Shown here: in pieces, positions 12,397 through 26,600 of the stretch
How positions within the stretch are numbered: the first letter of the stretch is position 1
How the letters are laid out: every line of letters begins with the position of its first letter
Assembly: GCF_947568905.1 (NCBI RefSeq)
Contig: NC_079165.1
Span: 104,842,001-104,906,000, forward strand
Reading direction: 5' to 3'
DNA: 64,000 bases
DNA from: Ostrea edulis
Taxonomy: Eukaryota
Position numbers and translations under genes: made by a program
Notes under the pieces: generated by a model
Told to the model about the DNA's origin: nothing
The model's database searches: none
The model's input: only the letters and a program-made list of their open reading frames with translations

Positions 12397-14996
12397 TAAG
12401 TATGCAATGGGGATAGTAAGCTTTGAATTACTCCCTTTTCACGGAGCTAATGCGAAGTTTTGATTCCTTTAATTCGAGACGTAAATTTTGATTCGAAGTA
12501 AACTATTGCGCATTAAATCGCCCTGTGAACGCGATTTCTATTAACTTATGTTTAATGCGAATTCAAAAATTCTTCGTGTGAACGAGGCATACTGAAGACT
12601 CGGAAATTACGTATTGAACATTATTTTGTCAGCGGTGATATTGATTGATTGTGACGTCATCAATCACCGGCGAGTTGCACAACGTAACATGTTGTCATTC
12701 GAGTGCGTCGCCGATTGTTTCATCACAATCAACATCTGGCTTCCGTTCTGGAATGAATGCGTTAGAAGACTACATTTGAATTTGCAAAGAGCGTACGTAA
12801 AACTTTATTTTGAGAGGGACTAAATGCACATAATTGTCTTCAAATAACTTATTTACTCCAATTTTATTGGTAAAATTAACCAAACATACTTCAACAATCG
12901 ACTTAAATAATATTTCAAAGGTACATAACAGGTTCCGATGATCCCTAATTAGTCACATACCAGTACAATGTTCAAATTCAAGAATCATTCAGTTCACTCC
13001 ATTCCGCAATGTGAAATTCAAAATATTGCGTCACATAACTTTTTATCATAGGAACAACACAGAATGAGGAACAACAATCCAATCGTGTCAACACTAATGA
13101 ACGAATTTGAAGAGAAAAACGGAGCATTTGATTGCTCATAAATCACATATGTACGTTCTCTATGCTGCTAGAGTTCAGCGAAATAAATGTTATCAATTTC
13201 TTGTAAACATGCAAAGGTTACCGTGTTCCTGATTCCATTTAAAGTTAATGTCAAGCGAAATTAGCTTTTTATTTATTGTTGTTCTAAAAAATTTCCACAT
13301 CAGTTGATATTTGGAAATCAAAGTGGATGCAATTCTTGAACTGAGGTAATTTTAGCTACTTATTTTCATGGAACATTAATCAATTTTAATATATTTTTTT
13401 CATCATGTTTTGTGAAATTGTTGTAGGACCAACAGTTAAGTATATTTTTAAAAATTGGAAAATGATGTTTCAGATAACTTTTTAAATCTTTTAATGATCA
13501 TACTTGCATATTTTATGTGAATGACAGAACTGTTATTTTGAAGACATTTTCATTCTAGGGATACCGACCATTATCCTGTAAGTACAGTGAACATGTCTCT
13601 AGTACTAGAAAAAAGGGGGGTATGAATTGAATATATACCATTTATCAACACTGAAATCTTTTATTTATATCATCTAAGAATGGGCGTGTGTTTTCTAAAT
13701 TGTAGATATAACATACACACCATTGGGTGTGTTTTGCAGCTCTTTTGATCATGCTTGTAGTGAAAAACTACTGTAGATATATGTCGAAAGAATATTGTCC
13801 TGGTTCCGAAAATCTTTTCTAGCTCACTAATCTGTACCTAACACGACATTTACTCTACTCAAAAAAGAAAGAATGTATCGGACATTTGATGTTCGAATAA
13901 ATACCCGGTACTTGCTATTTAGTCACCGATCTCGAATTTGATGATGCTCTCAACACGGAAATTTAATACTAACACATATACATGATGTAGTTTCCATCAG
14001 TTCTCTCAAAGTTAAAGGTAGGGTCTGGGGGATTAAGCATTTTTTGTGGTCAATCTGATTAAAATCAGATCCTATGATCCGCTCACGTATATCGCTTGGG
14101 GGATTAAACATTTTTTTGTGGTGGAACTAAGGGGAGGAATGAATGGAAGTTTTTAGTTTGGTGAAACTTGTATATGTGGTATCTGTCTACTATGGCTAAA
14201 GTCAGATTGTTGGGTCAATGGGCATTCAGCATCGATCGGGGGAGTGGGGTGAATTTCAGATTTTACTTTTAACTTCAAAATTACTTTAAATTTCATGTTT
14301 ATATACTACAAATTAATATTCTTTACAAATATGGTAGTGGAATTTAGCAGTAAAATGTAATTTTCTTTCTTTAAACTCAAAAATAAAATGCAAATTGCAT
14401 ACATGATTACAATTTTGCTACTTTTTTCCTCCTCGGATTTCTTTCCATGTGTAACTTTACTGAAAGGTCAAGATCAGTACTTGTGTTATGAGACTGACAA
14501 ATGTCAAGGTTGTGTTTTAAGGTCAATATTGACACAGCCAGTCTTACACTTTTTTAGCCCACTGAGCTGAAAGCTGGTGAAAGTGGGCATTCTTGATCTA
14601 AGTTAGTTGTCGGTAAACTTTTCACGTTTTCTTACTTCTTCTCAAGGAATACATGCAAGACAAACTTACTCCAAACTTGCCACAAGGCATATCTCAGTTA
14701 ATGGGATTCAAGTACATTGTATGTTCGAATGAAGCATCATGCCCCCTCCCCAGGAGAGATGATTAAAAAAACAACAACATAGAAAATAGGGTAGACTGCA
14801 GTCCCGTTCATCTTACTTCGTATTAAATTGCGAAGTGAAAATAATGCGCATTCTGAAAATTAACGAGTGTGCTAAATAAAAAAAAAAACACCCAACAACA
14901 ACTATATGATTGAAAATTATTTTTATAGATATCTTAATGAATGTTGTATTATATATGCAAAATTTAATGTTCAAAGCACTGTATAGTGTACTACAT

Positions 14997-15960
14997 GTAC
15001 ACAATGTAATAGAGTACACAATGTAATAGAGTACACAATGTAATAGAGTACACAATGTAATATAGTACACAATGTAATATAGTACACAATGTAATATAGT
15101 ACACAATGTAATAGAGTACACAATGTAATATAGTACACAATGTGATAGAGTACACAATGTAATATAGTACACAATGTAATAGAGTACACAATGTAATAGA
15201 GTACACAATGTAATAGAGTACACAATGTAATAGAATACACAATGTGATAGAGTACACAATGTAATAGAGTACACAATGTAATAGAGTACACAATGTAATA
15301 GAATACACAATGTAATAGAGTACACAATGTAATAGAGTACACAATGTAATAGAGTACACAATGTAATAGAGTACACAATGTGATAGAGTACACAATGTAA
15401 TAGAGTACACAATGTGATAGAATACACAATGTGATAGAGTACACAATGTAATAGAGTACACAATGTAATAGAGTACACAATGTAATAGAGTACACAATGT
15501 GATAGAGTACACAATGTGATAGAGTACACAATGTAATATAGTACACAATGTGATAGAATACACAATGTGATAGAATACACAATGTGATAGAGTACACAAT
15601 GTGATAGAGTACACAATGTGATAGAGTACACAATGTGATAGAATACACAATGTAATAGAGTACACAATGTAATATAGTACACAATGTGATAGAGTACACA
15701 ATGTAATAGAGTACACAATGTAATAGAGTACACAATGTAATATAGTACACAATGTAATATAGTACACAATGTGATAGAATACACAATGTGATAGAATACA
15801 CAATGTAATAGAGTACACAATGTAATAGAGTACACAATGTAATAGAGTACACAATGTAATATAGTACACAATGTGATAGAGTACACAATGTAATAGAGTA
15901 CACAATGTAATAGAGTACACAATGTAATAGAGTACACAATGTAATATAGTACACAATGTA
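14997..15960. repeat. 17-bp minisatellite (GTACACAATGTAATAGA), about 57 copies
   Basis: Direct reading; variants TGTGATA, ATATAG, AGAATA. Confidence 0.97.
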
Positions 15961-16063
15961 CATGTAACTGATCTGTACACAAGGGTTGTTATTTCCTCTA
16001 ACGACCAGCATTCAATCAAGGCAATGTATTGTTAGGCGCCCAGTTAGCACCAAAGAACGTCTC

Positions 16064-16168
16064 TTTCACATTACACTGACTAGTGTTATGACATCGATTT
16101 CACATTACACTGACTAGTGTTATGACATCGATTTCACATTACACTGACTAGTGTTATGACATCGATTT
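16064..16168. repeat. 34-bp tandem repeat x3
   Basis: tttcacattacactgactagtgttatgacatcga at 16064, 16098, 16132. Confidence 0.95.
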
Positions 16169-16576
16169 TACGGATACGTATGATAGTACGCATATTTGTC
16201 AAACTGTAACCAAAAAATTGTCACATTGTCATGAAAATAAATTGATAACATTTCTATTGTATTTTAAAGCAATTCCTTCTATGTATATATATTACCCAGC
16301 ATGCCATAATGGCTATGCAGAGCACAGATTTATGTAACGTTATCTTTATGATTGATAGCATTTTAATTTTTTTTTTTTCGCTTATAGGTAACCATGGGTA
16401 TGATGCATGTAGCCCAAATTTGCCATCACGCATGCGTTTACATTTAATCCGCATTACATTGTAGTCTGATCAAAACCACCCCCTTCTCCTTGCACTCTGC
16501 GTCAGTGTAACAAGAAAAGGGGGGGGGGTGATCAGACCGCTTCGCTTTGCGTAATCACATGGAGCTAATGCCGAAG

Positions 16577-16670
16577 TAGCTACAGAACTGTAGCTCTCTG
16601 AAAAAATATTTTGACATAACAGAGATGTTATGTCAAAATATTTTTTCAGAGAGCTACAGTTCTGCAGCTA
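16577..16670. mobile_element. 94-bp hairpin mini-element with 9-bp TSD
   Basis: 44-bp stem with one mismatch, loop AGAGAT; TSD ATGCCGAAG at 16568-16576 and 16671-16679. Confidence 0.8.
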
Positions 16671-17394
16671 ATGCCGAAGTATACTTTGATGCGCATTAAA
16701 ACACGATGTAAGTTCTAATATTCGAGATATTTATCATAACCATCATGGGAACATAAAACAGGGGGCGTTAGTTGTACTCTACAAACACATTAATGATGGA
16801 CATGGGAGGCAACTTTTTTTTTTAGACCTGTAATCAGGAATGAAGAGCCAGACTAGGTCAGATTATATCTTTAGCCCAGAAACTTGGATCTATTCATTAT
16901 TCAAATCAGGACTATTTGAACATTGACTTTGAGGTTAAAATCCTATACTGAATTTTAAGACAGTGTATTGATTTTGATAGTGTTCTCACACTAATTCTTG
17001 TACAGATTCATGAATGAACAGCTGCTTATAGCCAACCTATCTATATAATAGAAATCTTCCTAGCTTGCATCATTACAAATGAACTACTTATAACCAAATA
17101 AACTTTTTGATCATGGTATAAATGCTTATAAAGTATCCTGCATTGCCAATTAATGAAGAAATATATATGTTAGTAATCTGAATACTGACATAATATGGCC
17201 ATTTCTTTAATATAAAAAATTTATAATACATGTACCATGTAATATATTATGAAAATGCTTTTGATTGTATGCTTTGTTAGAGTCTATCAATGTAATACAT
17301 CTCTAAGTTCATATATATTTACATGTATCATTAAAGTTATTGCTGTGTGATATGAATAATCAGCTTCAAAGACAATGTTGAAATTTTCTAATCT

Positions 17395-17600
17395 GTTGGC
17401 TGTTACCAGGGACCGCCAATCTCCTCTGTTTTTCTTGATCTAGCTTCTCCATATCATCCAGCACCCCCAGGTATTTCCTATATTCTTAAACTCAATTATC
17501 ATTTTATGTTTTCTTTGGTCTTCCTCTCTTTCTTTTTCCATCTCATGATGTCCATTTTCCAGCATTTCGGTCTTCCTCTTTGTTTTTGTTTTTTCATATC
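17395..17600 (-). mobile_element. Possible RTE-clade LINE 3' relic
   Basis: Minus-strand fragments KRKRGRPKKT and NRGDWRSLVT resemble RTE ORF C-termini; heavily degenerate. Confidence 0.35.
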
Positions 17601-20218
17601 ATGATGTCCATTTTACAGTGATTCTAGTGAGGCAGTTGCTACAAGCCCCAATGAAGTGAAATTACTATAGGTGGATTCAATGATGATATTTTCTAGTCGT
17701 GTCTGACTGTACAATTGTCACTTTTTGTATATACCTTTCCCTTGTTTATGTCTGTCCTGTCTGTTCGCTTGGGGGTTTTCTGTTGCATATCAAGCTGAAA
17801 CTTGCTGTGTAGAGAATATTCTTTGTGGGCTTTTCTGGATCATGCAACAATTTTAATCCATTTCAATTACCTCTTGCAGGAGTTTTGCCCCTTTATTTAA
17901 AATTTGATGTTATATGGAGGGTACATGATTTGACATCTAACTTCTGCCAGAGTTTCAAGTGAGTACAGTACCTTCTTATTTTACAGAGTGTTTTAATGGG
18001 TATTGAAGATGTACATGTGGCAAGGGTTTTGATTTTCTTCAATTTTTGAGAAAAAGTACAGCTAGGTTGTTGAACTTGGTCAGTTTCGAGGAAATGTTTT
18101 TTTCAATTAACTCCTCCGGCACTTTTCATTAAGCTAAGGTCCTTGTAAAGAACTTCAAGATGTGTATATTTCAAGGATTATTTTGATTCCCAACAACTTT
18201 CTAATTTTTTATTTTCTTTGATTAAATAAATTACAGGTTGTTGAACATAGTCACTCTTGGGAACATATTTGTCTATCTACCTCCTGTTGCATTATTTAAG
18301 CTATGACCTTTTATTTATGTGATGCAAAGGAAAGTAAATGTCAGAGCTTGATAATGGCTGATGCTACCTTCAGGAAAATTCTGCAACTTAAGAAAAACAA
18401 CCCACATAAGCTTGTGATGGGTGTATTGTGTACCATTTCTGGTAGAACTTAACCCCCCCCCCCCTTATCTCTTTTTTTCCCCTTTTCCCTTGGTCAGCCC
18501 GTCCCCCCCCCCCTTCTCTTTTTGTTTTGTTTTAGTACTTTGCATAATATATAGTAATTTTCCTTACTGATTACCATACTCCTTCTTTTCAATAATCTTT
18601 TCATTTCATGAGTACATTGAGAAAATTTCATAATTCATTATGTATAGTTTCTCTCTTATAACATATGTTACAGATTATTACCTTGTTTGTTAAAAGAAAA
18701 AAAGCTTATACCGGTTGAGCCTGCTGTCTTAAATCCATATTATGTACTTGATTTACTCGCTGAAATTCTGTATAATTAACATAACATGCTGTTCACTCAT
18801 GATTAGCTTGTACTGTCTTGCTGGGGCTGGCCACTCTTGACGTAAATGAGTGCTTTGCAATTAATTTCTGTAAATGTTTTACTGGAAACCTGACTGCTGT
18901 CAAAGCAAGGCATATTGATTGAGAATTTAAAGAGAAAGAACTTTGTTTTAATGATATTTAATCATATGACCATATATTTTCAGAAATATAATTAAGTGTA
19001 AGTATTGCATTTGGTAGGTGTTTTTAAGAATGTTTAATTTTTTTCATTTAAAATAGAAATTTTAAAAATGTTTATCCATGTCTGATCTTGATTTCCAATG
19101 TGCCGATACATTGTAGTTTTAAGCAAATAGCTTTAACACAGTCTCCCCTCCTTTAGTTTGATATATAATATAGTCCCTACTTTCAGTTATTTAAGATCTT
19201 AAATTGACGTCTCAAAAATTAAATTTACATATATCTTAAAGTACAAATATCTCACCCCTTTCTTCAAAATATATGAAAGTGATTTTTTTTAAAGATATCA
19301 TTTTAATTCAGTTTTAAAGAGAAAATGAAATGGTTTTATTCAATATCAATAGGAAATATTTGTACAAAAATAGAAAGAATAATGATATAAAAGATTAACG
19401 TCATATCTAAATTGTATTTATTTTTAACTGAATTTTGAATAGGAAATTTCTCTTATCATCGTCGTAAATTTCTTCAATCCTTTACCTTTTATAAGTGTTT
19501 TATGATCTGTTTACAGCTATAAAGTGAAGCACCCTTCTATGAAATGCGTCATATTTTAAATTTGAGTTCTATGAGTAATTTGTCTATTCATTGCCTTTTC
19601 TGTGTTTCCTTAACATCGTTTTTCCTGTACCCTTTAAAGGGGTCATCATTCGCATTTAAATAAAGCACTAATCTACACAAAGTGTATACATATAAATGTT
19701 GATGATTTTGTCCAAAGATATATCATTAAAGATAAGCACCCTTGAAGAGTCACTGGTTTTCCTTCTAAATGTCAGTGACAGGACAATGGGGGATCCCTGA
19801 TCTCCGACAATGTCATTTATGACGCATTTGACCCAAGTTTGGAAATTCTTATTAAAACCTTCTGAATCACTATAGCAGCTTTGTTTCATTCATGATCTAC
19901 TTAGAACCCAGTAAAAAATTCAATATTTACCAGTACACCTTGTCGTCTGATTCAGAGATTTTACATAATAGTATTTATTTTACTTTCAGGTAAACAAAGA
20001 TTAAACGTCAAAACAATCCCGGTTTCTAGAACTGCTAAATATAAATTTAATAACAATTGGGCTTTCCGCCTCCTGGTATTAAATCTCCTATAAAAGTGTT
20101 TGATTGACACCTGTTACCTGCCATATATACCTGACCAGGTAAACGATTGGATAAACGTGTGCTCCTTGATCAATTGCTTGATGTTACATTTTTCTAGCGC
20201 TATTTAATATTAACCATA

Positions 20219-20660
20219 ATGCCGCCTACTGCTGAATCTTTATTACTGCAAAGGAGACCCGTTACAGGGCAGAACAGGGTAACCTCACAGTTTCTGCCCC
20301 ATGCCCCCTCTTCTGATTTTCCCTCCAGCTCTCATTTCAACCAGCATCTGCTGAGAGATACTGCAAATATGCGCATGAAGATGTCCGCAGAGGGAGAACT
20401 CTCAAATGGTTCAGATTTGGATGTGGGAGTCCAGTTTTTCCACAAGGAACCTTGCCTTTACAGCCACCAAACCTTCACCAATGCCAGCAAGATTTTCTTT
20501 ACACTTAGACATGAGAGCTTGGAAGAGAAAGAGAATCCATATATGAAAAGGAAAAATAAGCAAGCCTTGACAGAGAAAGTGCAAGAAATTCCCCATCTTC
20601 ACTTCTTGAATGACCAGGAGAAAAGATTGGCATTTGAATTGGCATTTTCTACCCTTAAAT
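20219..20660 (+). CDS. NSUN7: NSUN7 coding exon 1
   Basis: ATG at 20219; ends AAA T|GTAAGT; encodes ...KRLAFELAFSTLK. Start codon is inferred. Confidence 0.85.
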
Positions 20661-23600
20661 GTAAGTACATGTATAATTCTTTCAAAGATTTTTCATAAAA
20701 TATAATTATTGGATTTTTATCAAAATTATGATGTTGAAGAAAAAATTTACTTGGTCCTTCATAGACAGATTATTTCTACCAATGTTAGAAAAATGGACTT
20801 TCTTTCAACTGACAGAATGATTTAATTTAATCATCTCATTATGTTATACACCTCTCTCCCCACTATCACCATCCAAGGTAAATTTAGCAATTAAAACAAA
20901 CATTTTATATTGTTGCAGGTTTCCTAAAATATTTAGAATAGAAAAATAATTTTCATATTTCCATAGCAACTGATAAAGGTAGAGTTTATTGGGGTCATGC
21001 ATCCTCTGATTAATTCATATATTGAAATTTTAATAAGGATCAGAATTGACCTGTTACACCTGGAATATCCTTTTGCCCGCTATGACACCCCTGTAAGACT
21101 GCATGTTGTACGAGTGCGACACAGCTTATGAACAAATACACACTTTAGCTTATATTGCAATTAAAGGCTCAGAAGACTGATAACAAATGCCATATTAGGA
21201 TACACAAATCCTGCTTTATTAAGTTTTTTTTAACTCGTTCAATAAATGTGGAGCTTTCAATGTATCAGGAGTATTTAACAATGAGACAGATTATCTGACC
21301 AGAAAGTAGACCAGTTGACAAGGTTTACTGGAACTGATTACAAAACCTATCACACTGTGTGAAAAATGACATCAGTAACCATTCGTTTCTGTGTACAGAA
21401 GGTTCAGTTTAAAATGGGTTATATATATCTACAGTCTGAATTGTTTGGAGATTGTTGCATTTACTGAATTAAATTTATATCTATATATATGTAGAATGAA
21501 AATATTTCTTTGTAAGTAATTGTTCGATGCTTTTTTAAAATCAATTTAAATGTTTCCTCTTTCAATTATCGGCTAGGGGACACAGAGAAACACAAACATG
21601 ACATTAAATAGTGAAAATTTCAAAATCCTCCTATTAAAATTTCTATACAATGTGTTACTGAAATAAAGTGAATATTACCTTTCAAGTGCTTTTTGAATGG
21701 ATTTCTGTATGGTATTTATTGAAGAATGATAGTGGAAATGATTGGATCAATTATACCATGACAGTGTATATATATGTATGGTGAGGTTCTACACTATTGA
21801 TGAATATCCATACATGATTCATAACATTGAAAAATCTTAAGCTTATAATTCCAGGGGATTTTATCATGTGTGAAAGACTCTTACATGATTGAACTTTTAG
21901 TATTTGCCATGATTTGATAAATTTCGAGATGCATCACTTTTCTTTTTTAATCTTATATCTTTACCATTTAACCTATTAATTTCACATGACTTTTTGAAAA
22001 AAGGAACATTTCAAATAGTCATGAATACATTATGAATTTGGCTTGCTGGTATTTTCTTGACTGTATACCGTAAAATTAGGGACATGCAGTGTCCTGTAAG
22101 AAATGTACTGGAATCCCCTTTCAATACAGCTTTGTTCTTTGATCATCCTTTTACCTATTAAACATGTATTAAAGCCGCATTCTCCCTGGGAGAAGTGAGG
22201 AATTCATTGTTGCTTGATTACAATGGAACATTGGAAGACATTCCCAGTGATCTTTATGAGCTCTACTCTTCATTACCAATAATCAGCATTGCTCTCTGAC
22301 ATGCTCATTATAGGCAGATTCCAGAAGATATTTCACACTTTCTTCATTGATTTCTATTTTAGACTGTCTTTTTTTCCCTCTCAGCATCAGTGAGGATTAA
22401 TTCTGAACTCAGTAGAAGTCTTATGGACAAAAGCTGAAGCAATTTGTTACATCTCTATTCATTACTTTATTCAATACTTGTATAAATACCTGTACATTAG
22501 ACTGAATCATACACCTCAGAAATTATGAATATACTGTAGATAATTTATGCCCTGTCACAGTGGTTAGCAGAAATTATCAACCAATTTCTTTTGAAATGGA
22601 GGGTTTAAGATCACACAGTTCTGTGGGAGTGTTTGGAAAGATTGTAAGTGGACAGTCAGAGATATCAATGGAATGACAGGACAATGCCCTTACAGTAGCC
22701 ATGGTAAAGGGTGGAAGAAATAATGTAAAGGTTGCCCCACCCTTAACAGGGTAAAACATCAACAATGCTGGTCATAGTTTGTTTGGTCTGAGATTGTTCA
22801 CTCTTAATTGAAATTGTGGGTACAGTTTATTTACAAACAGTGAGGGCTTTGACAAAAACTGAGTGCTTTACCTCCAAAGCTCAATCAGACTTATCATTTC
22901 ACGGTCAATCACTAGATTAACCGACGGTCTTGCTTGCTCCAATGTTTAGACCTGTATCTTGCCATTCAAATTTTACAGAAGCCAAATATTTGGCACTATG
23001 ATTGATCTCCAGGACTTTTATTCCTCTCAGTTTTTTGGGATGCAAACCAGATCCAAGCCCTTTGTTTGGCAATCATTACAAAACTAATCAACTTCCATAA
23101 AAATTCCACCAGCTTGTATGGTATCAGAGAGGGCTGGGTATTTGAGATCTTTATGTACCCTTATGACACCAAGTTGACTTGGATGTGGTTTGCAGATCTA
23201 AGGTTTGAATCGAAGTTTTTAATAACACGAGACAGAATAAAGCAAGTGTTTGACATATGTATATATATTGTAAACAGAGGGTTCTATTGTTTGTACGTAA
23301 GACCTGGAGAGTACTAAGTGAGTGCATGCCTATGTGACCTCCATCACTCAGGATTTAAAAAGCAATAACACATTATGTCTGGACTGGGAATTAAACCTGA
23401 TACCCCTGCTTTACCACTCAGGTGCTCTAACCACCCAGTTACCCCATGTCCCAATTCAATTATGTTTCTGTTTTACCTGAAATGACTATAAATTGTCTAG
23501 CATTCCAACATCCTCACTATCTAATCCATTTGGACTTGCCTTTCCATCATATTTTTCTCCGAGATCTCTTCTTTTGTTTAATGATGTAATTGTTGACAAA

Positions 23601-26600
23601 TTCAGCAAACAAACTGGAATAAAAGCATTTAAGCCTCCTGACAGAAATTGATATAGATTATTAAGAACTGGGTATAGTTCCTTGTGTTAATCATATTTTG
23701 AAAAATACGATATTCTGTATTTATCAAAAGAATATCATAAATGTGTGCAATACACATGTTTTTTCTGTGTTACATATATTAACAGAAAGTAACAAATTAA
23801 TCCTCTAGTATAAAAAAAATTCACAGCTTTGATGAGAATTTAAAATAAATTTTTACTCTGTCTTGAGGTTGATTGATTAAATCATTTTCGTATTTTTCAA
23901 CCAATAGACCTGTAGTACAAAGTGCTATTTTGTTATTTTCTCTGTAATGTATCATGCTGGGTTAGTATTAAAAATAATCATGGGGGGGGGGGGGGGGGGT
24001 AAGAAAATCTTGACAATATATCATTAATGATGTATATTTGTGTTTTACAGACCAGCAGCTGTTTGAAGAGATCCTTCAGGACTGTGCCTTTTATTCCACA
24101 TACCCAGAGGTAAGGTCCCTATAAAGATATTTCCTTCTATTCGACATACCCAGAAGTAAGGTCGCTATAAAGATATTTCCTTCTATTTGACATACCCAGA
24201 AGTAAGGTTGCTATAAAGATATTTCCTTCTATTCAACATACCCAGAAGTAAGGTCGCTATAAAGATATTTCCTTCTATTCGACATACCCAGAAGTAAAGT
24301 CGCTATAAAGATATTTCCTTCTATTCGACATACCCAGAAGTAATGGCGCTATAAAGATATTTCCTTCTATTTGACATACCCAGAAGTAAGGTCACTAGAA
24401 AGATATTTCCTTCTATTTGACATACCCAGAAGTAAGGTCACTATAAAGATGTCACCTTTTATTCCACATACCCAGAGGAGGGTCGCTATAAAGATGTTAC
24501 CTTTTGATCCCCTCACAACAAGGAGAAAATATAGTAACAGCTGAGTATATATTAGTAACATGACTACTGTAAATGAGTATTTTAAGTTGAGGATCACATT
24601 TCAAAAGTAATGATTGCAAGTGGGTAACATTGACAGTTTACTCATATTTGCAACTGCACACATTCGTTTAGAGAGATGTGCTTGCTTGTTGATATTTATG
24701 GTACACAAATAGAATTATAGTTTATGTCATAATGGTATATATATGTGAGGGTCTGGACTTCCACATATATAATGTTAAAAGTAACTAAGCTATGGTAAAT
24801 GCCTTGATTTATTGGAATTGGTAATGTGCTTGTTGTGAGGAGATGCTCTGGCCTGCAGACCTCTATCTCTGATCCCTGATCAGGCTGGGATCTCTTGAAA
24901 AAATTTCAAACTTAAGTTTGAGTTTTTCTATTATTTGAGCAGTCAAAATTCGAATAAAATTGCAGACTTTAGTAAAAGTTTCAACTTCAGTTTTTTTGTT
25001 GAGAAATCGAGGCCAGACTGAGACTTACTGTGGGACATTACTGTAGTCACCAATTACAAGCTAGTGGGCATTATGATTTTTTTAAGCAACTGTTTGACTT
25101 CCAGTTGTCAAAAAGAATTTTCTATTGGTTTCAAGCTGAAATGCACAACAGACTTGTAGCTGTAAATTTCTAATGCAGTATTTCACAAGGTGGGGATATT
25201 CATATAAAAAACGACACTTTTCCGTTTCACTTCCCTTTATAGTTTTTTTTAACAAAAGGCTCTGTGGATTTTTTCCATTACTTTCTCCCCAATACCCAGT
25301 TGGTTTTAGCATTTGATTGCTCCTACACAAATTCATTTCACACATGAAAGGCAAAGATTATTATGTTTCTTAATTGCAGCATGAGCATGATGTCAATGAT
25401 CCTATACATACAAAACTCAATGTGATTTCAATGAATAACAGATCTGTTCATCAGTAACCTACAAGTCTAAAGTAATTAGAACTGATTTATCTGGCATTTT
25501 TCATGATTTGTTATTGAAATACAATGCACAGACCATGGCGACACACAAATACAATAATTGTAACTACGCAGTGTTTCAAAAAATGCTTACAAATTAATGA
25601 CTTCAGAAATGGTACAGTCTCAAAATTATTGTATACATGGCTTAAAAGATAACAATACTAATGTATGGAGTAAATTGAGAACCTTGTAAAATAGCAATTA
25701 GTGAAGTGTTCCAATCATAGAAGTTAGAATGGTTTGAACAGTGTAATGATAGTTTTTCCAATACACAAGATATAGCTACTGCTATATAATGTAGAGAAGA
25801 GATTGCAGAAAAACTTCGTTTGTAACTTTTTGGAACAATCAATCTTTTTAGATGTTGGATATACGACAATGCCATTTCCAATAAAATTAATCAATAAGTC
25901 AGATTGATAATGAATGTTTGAAATTATTGATAGAGTCAAAAAACTTTGAAATTTCAATTTGACTGCTCATGGAAAGTAAAATCAATTTTTTTAACTTTAA
26001 TATAACAATACCAAACCTTGGTTGATAAGGTAGGCCATTAGTGGAGATGGCACATTCATGCTGCACCAGAGAGATATCTTGCCCTAAAGCGCAGACACAA
26101 AAAGATGAAAAAACAATTTGGATCACAGAGACATGTTTCTGAAATGCCAAGCAAAAATATGATATTGAACATAATTTTCATAGCAACGCTTTTGACTGAT
26201 ATCAAAGAGAGATCAATGGAAAGTCAGGGAACGTCACTGAATTGTAGTGAAGGGTTGGCGTTATCAGCCGTCACCAGGTCTCTCCTTGGGCACTAACCGG
26301 CATTGAACCATTATGGGGCTTACATTGTTGACTAATAATACATTTATGATCATGCATGTTTTCAATTATGTTATGTGATAGTAGACATAATCTTCCTTGC
26401 AGTGTTGGTGTAGACAAATATATTTGTCAATTTAATAAGGAACAAACATACTTAGGCTAGTCAAGAAGAGATTATTCACAAAGCTGAAAGGGTTTAGATA
26501 TACCTTTGATGTTTTTCTTCCACTTCAATCAGTTAATTATAACCCCCTCTGATTATTAAATGGAATTCATTCATTAAAACTCTTTAAGGTTATTAATTAA

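Noticed and set aside
14813-16019. Three overlapping minus-strand ORFs of 342-389 aa
   Set aside because: Artefact of the 17-bp repeat, whose reverse complement has no stop codon in any frame; the 17-aa periodic low-complexity product has no domain.
20957-20970. RFX X-box-like TTTCCATAGCAAC (also near 9091)
   Set aside because: One copy is inside a repeat and the other is intronic with a mismatch; no evidence of function.
22090-26300. Short coding-like ORFs in NSUN7 introns 1-2
   Set aside because: Multiple stops, no recognisable domain and no consistent splice chain; probably old TE debris.
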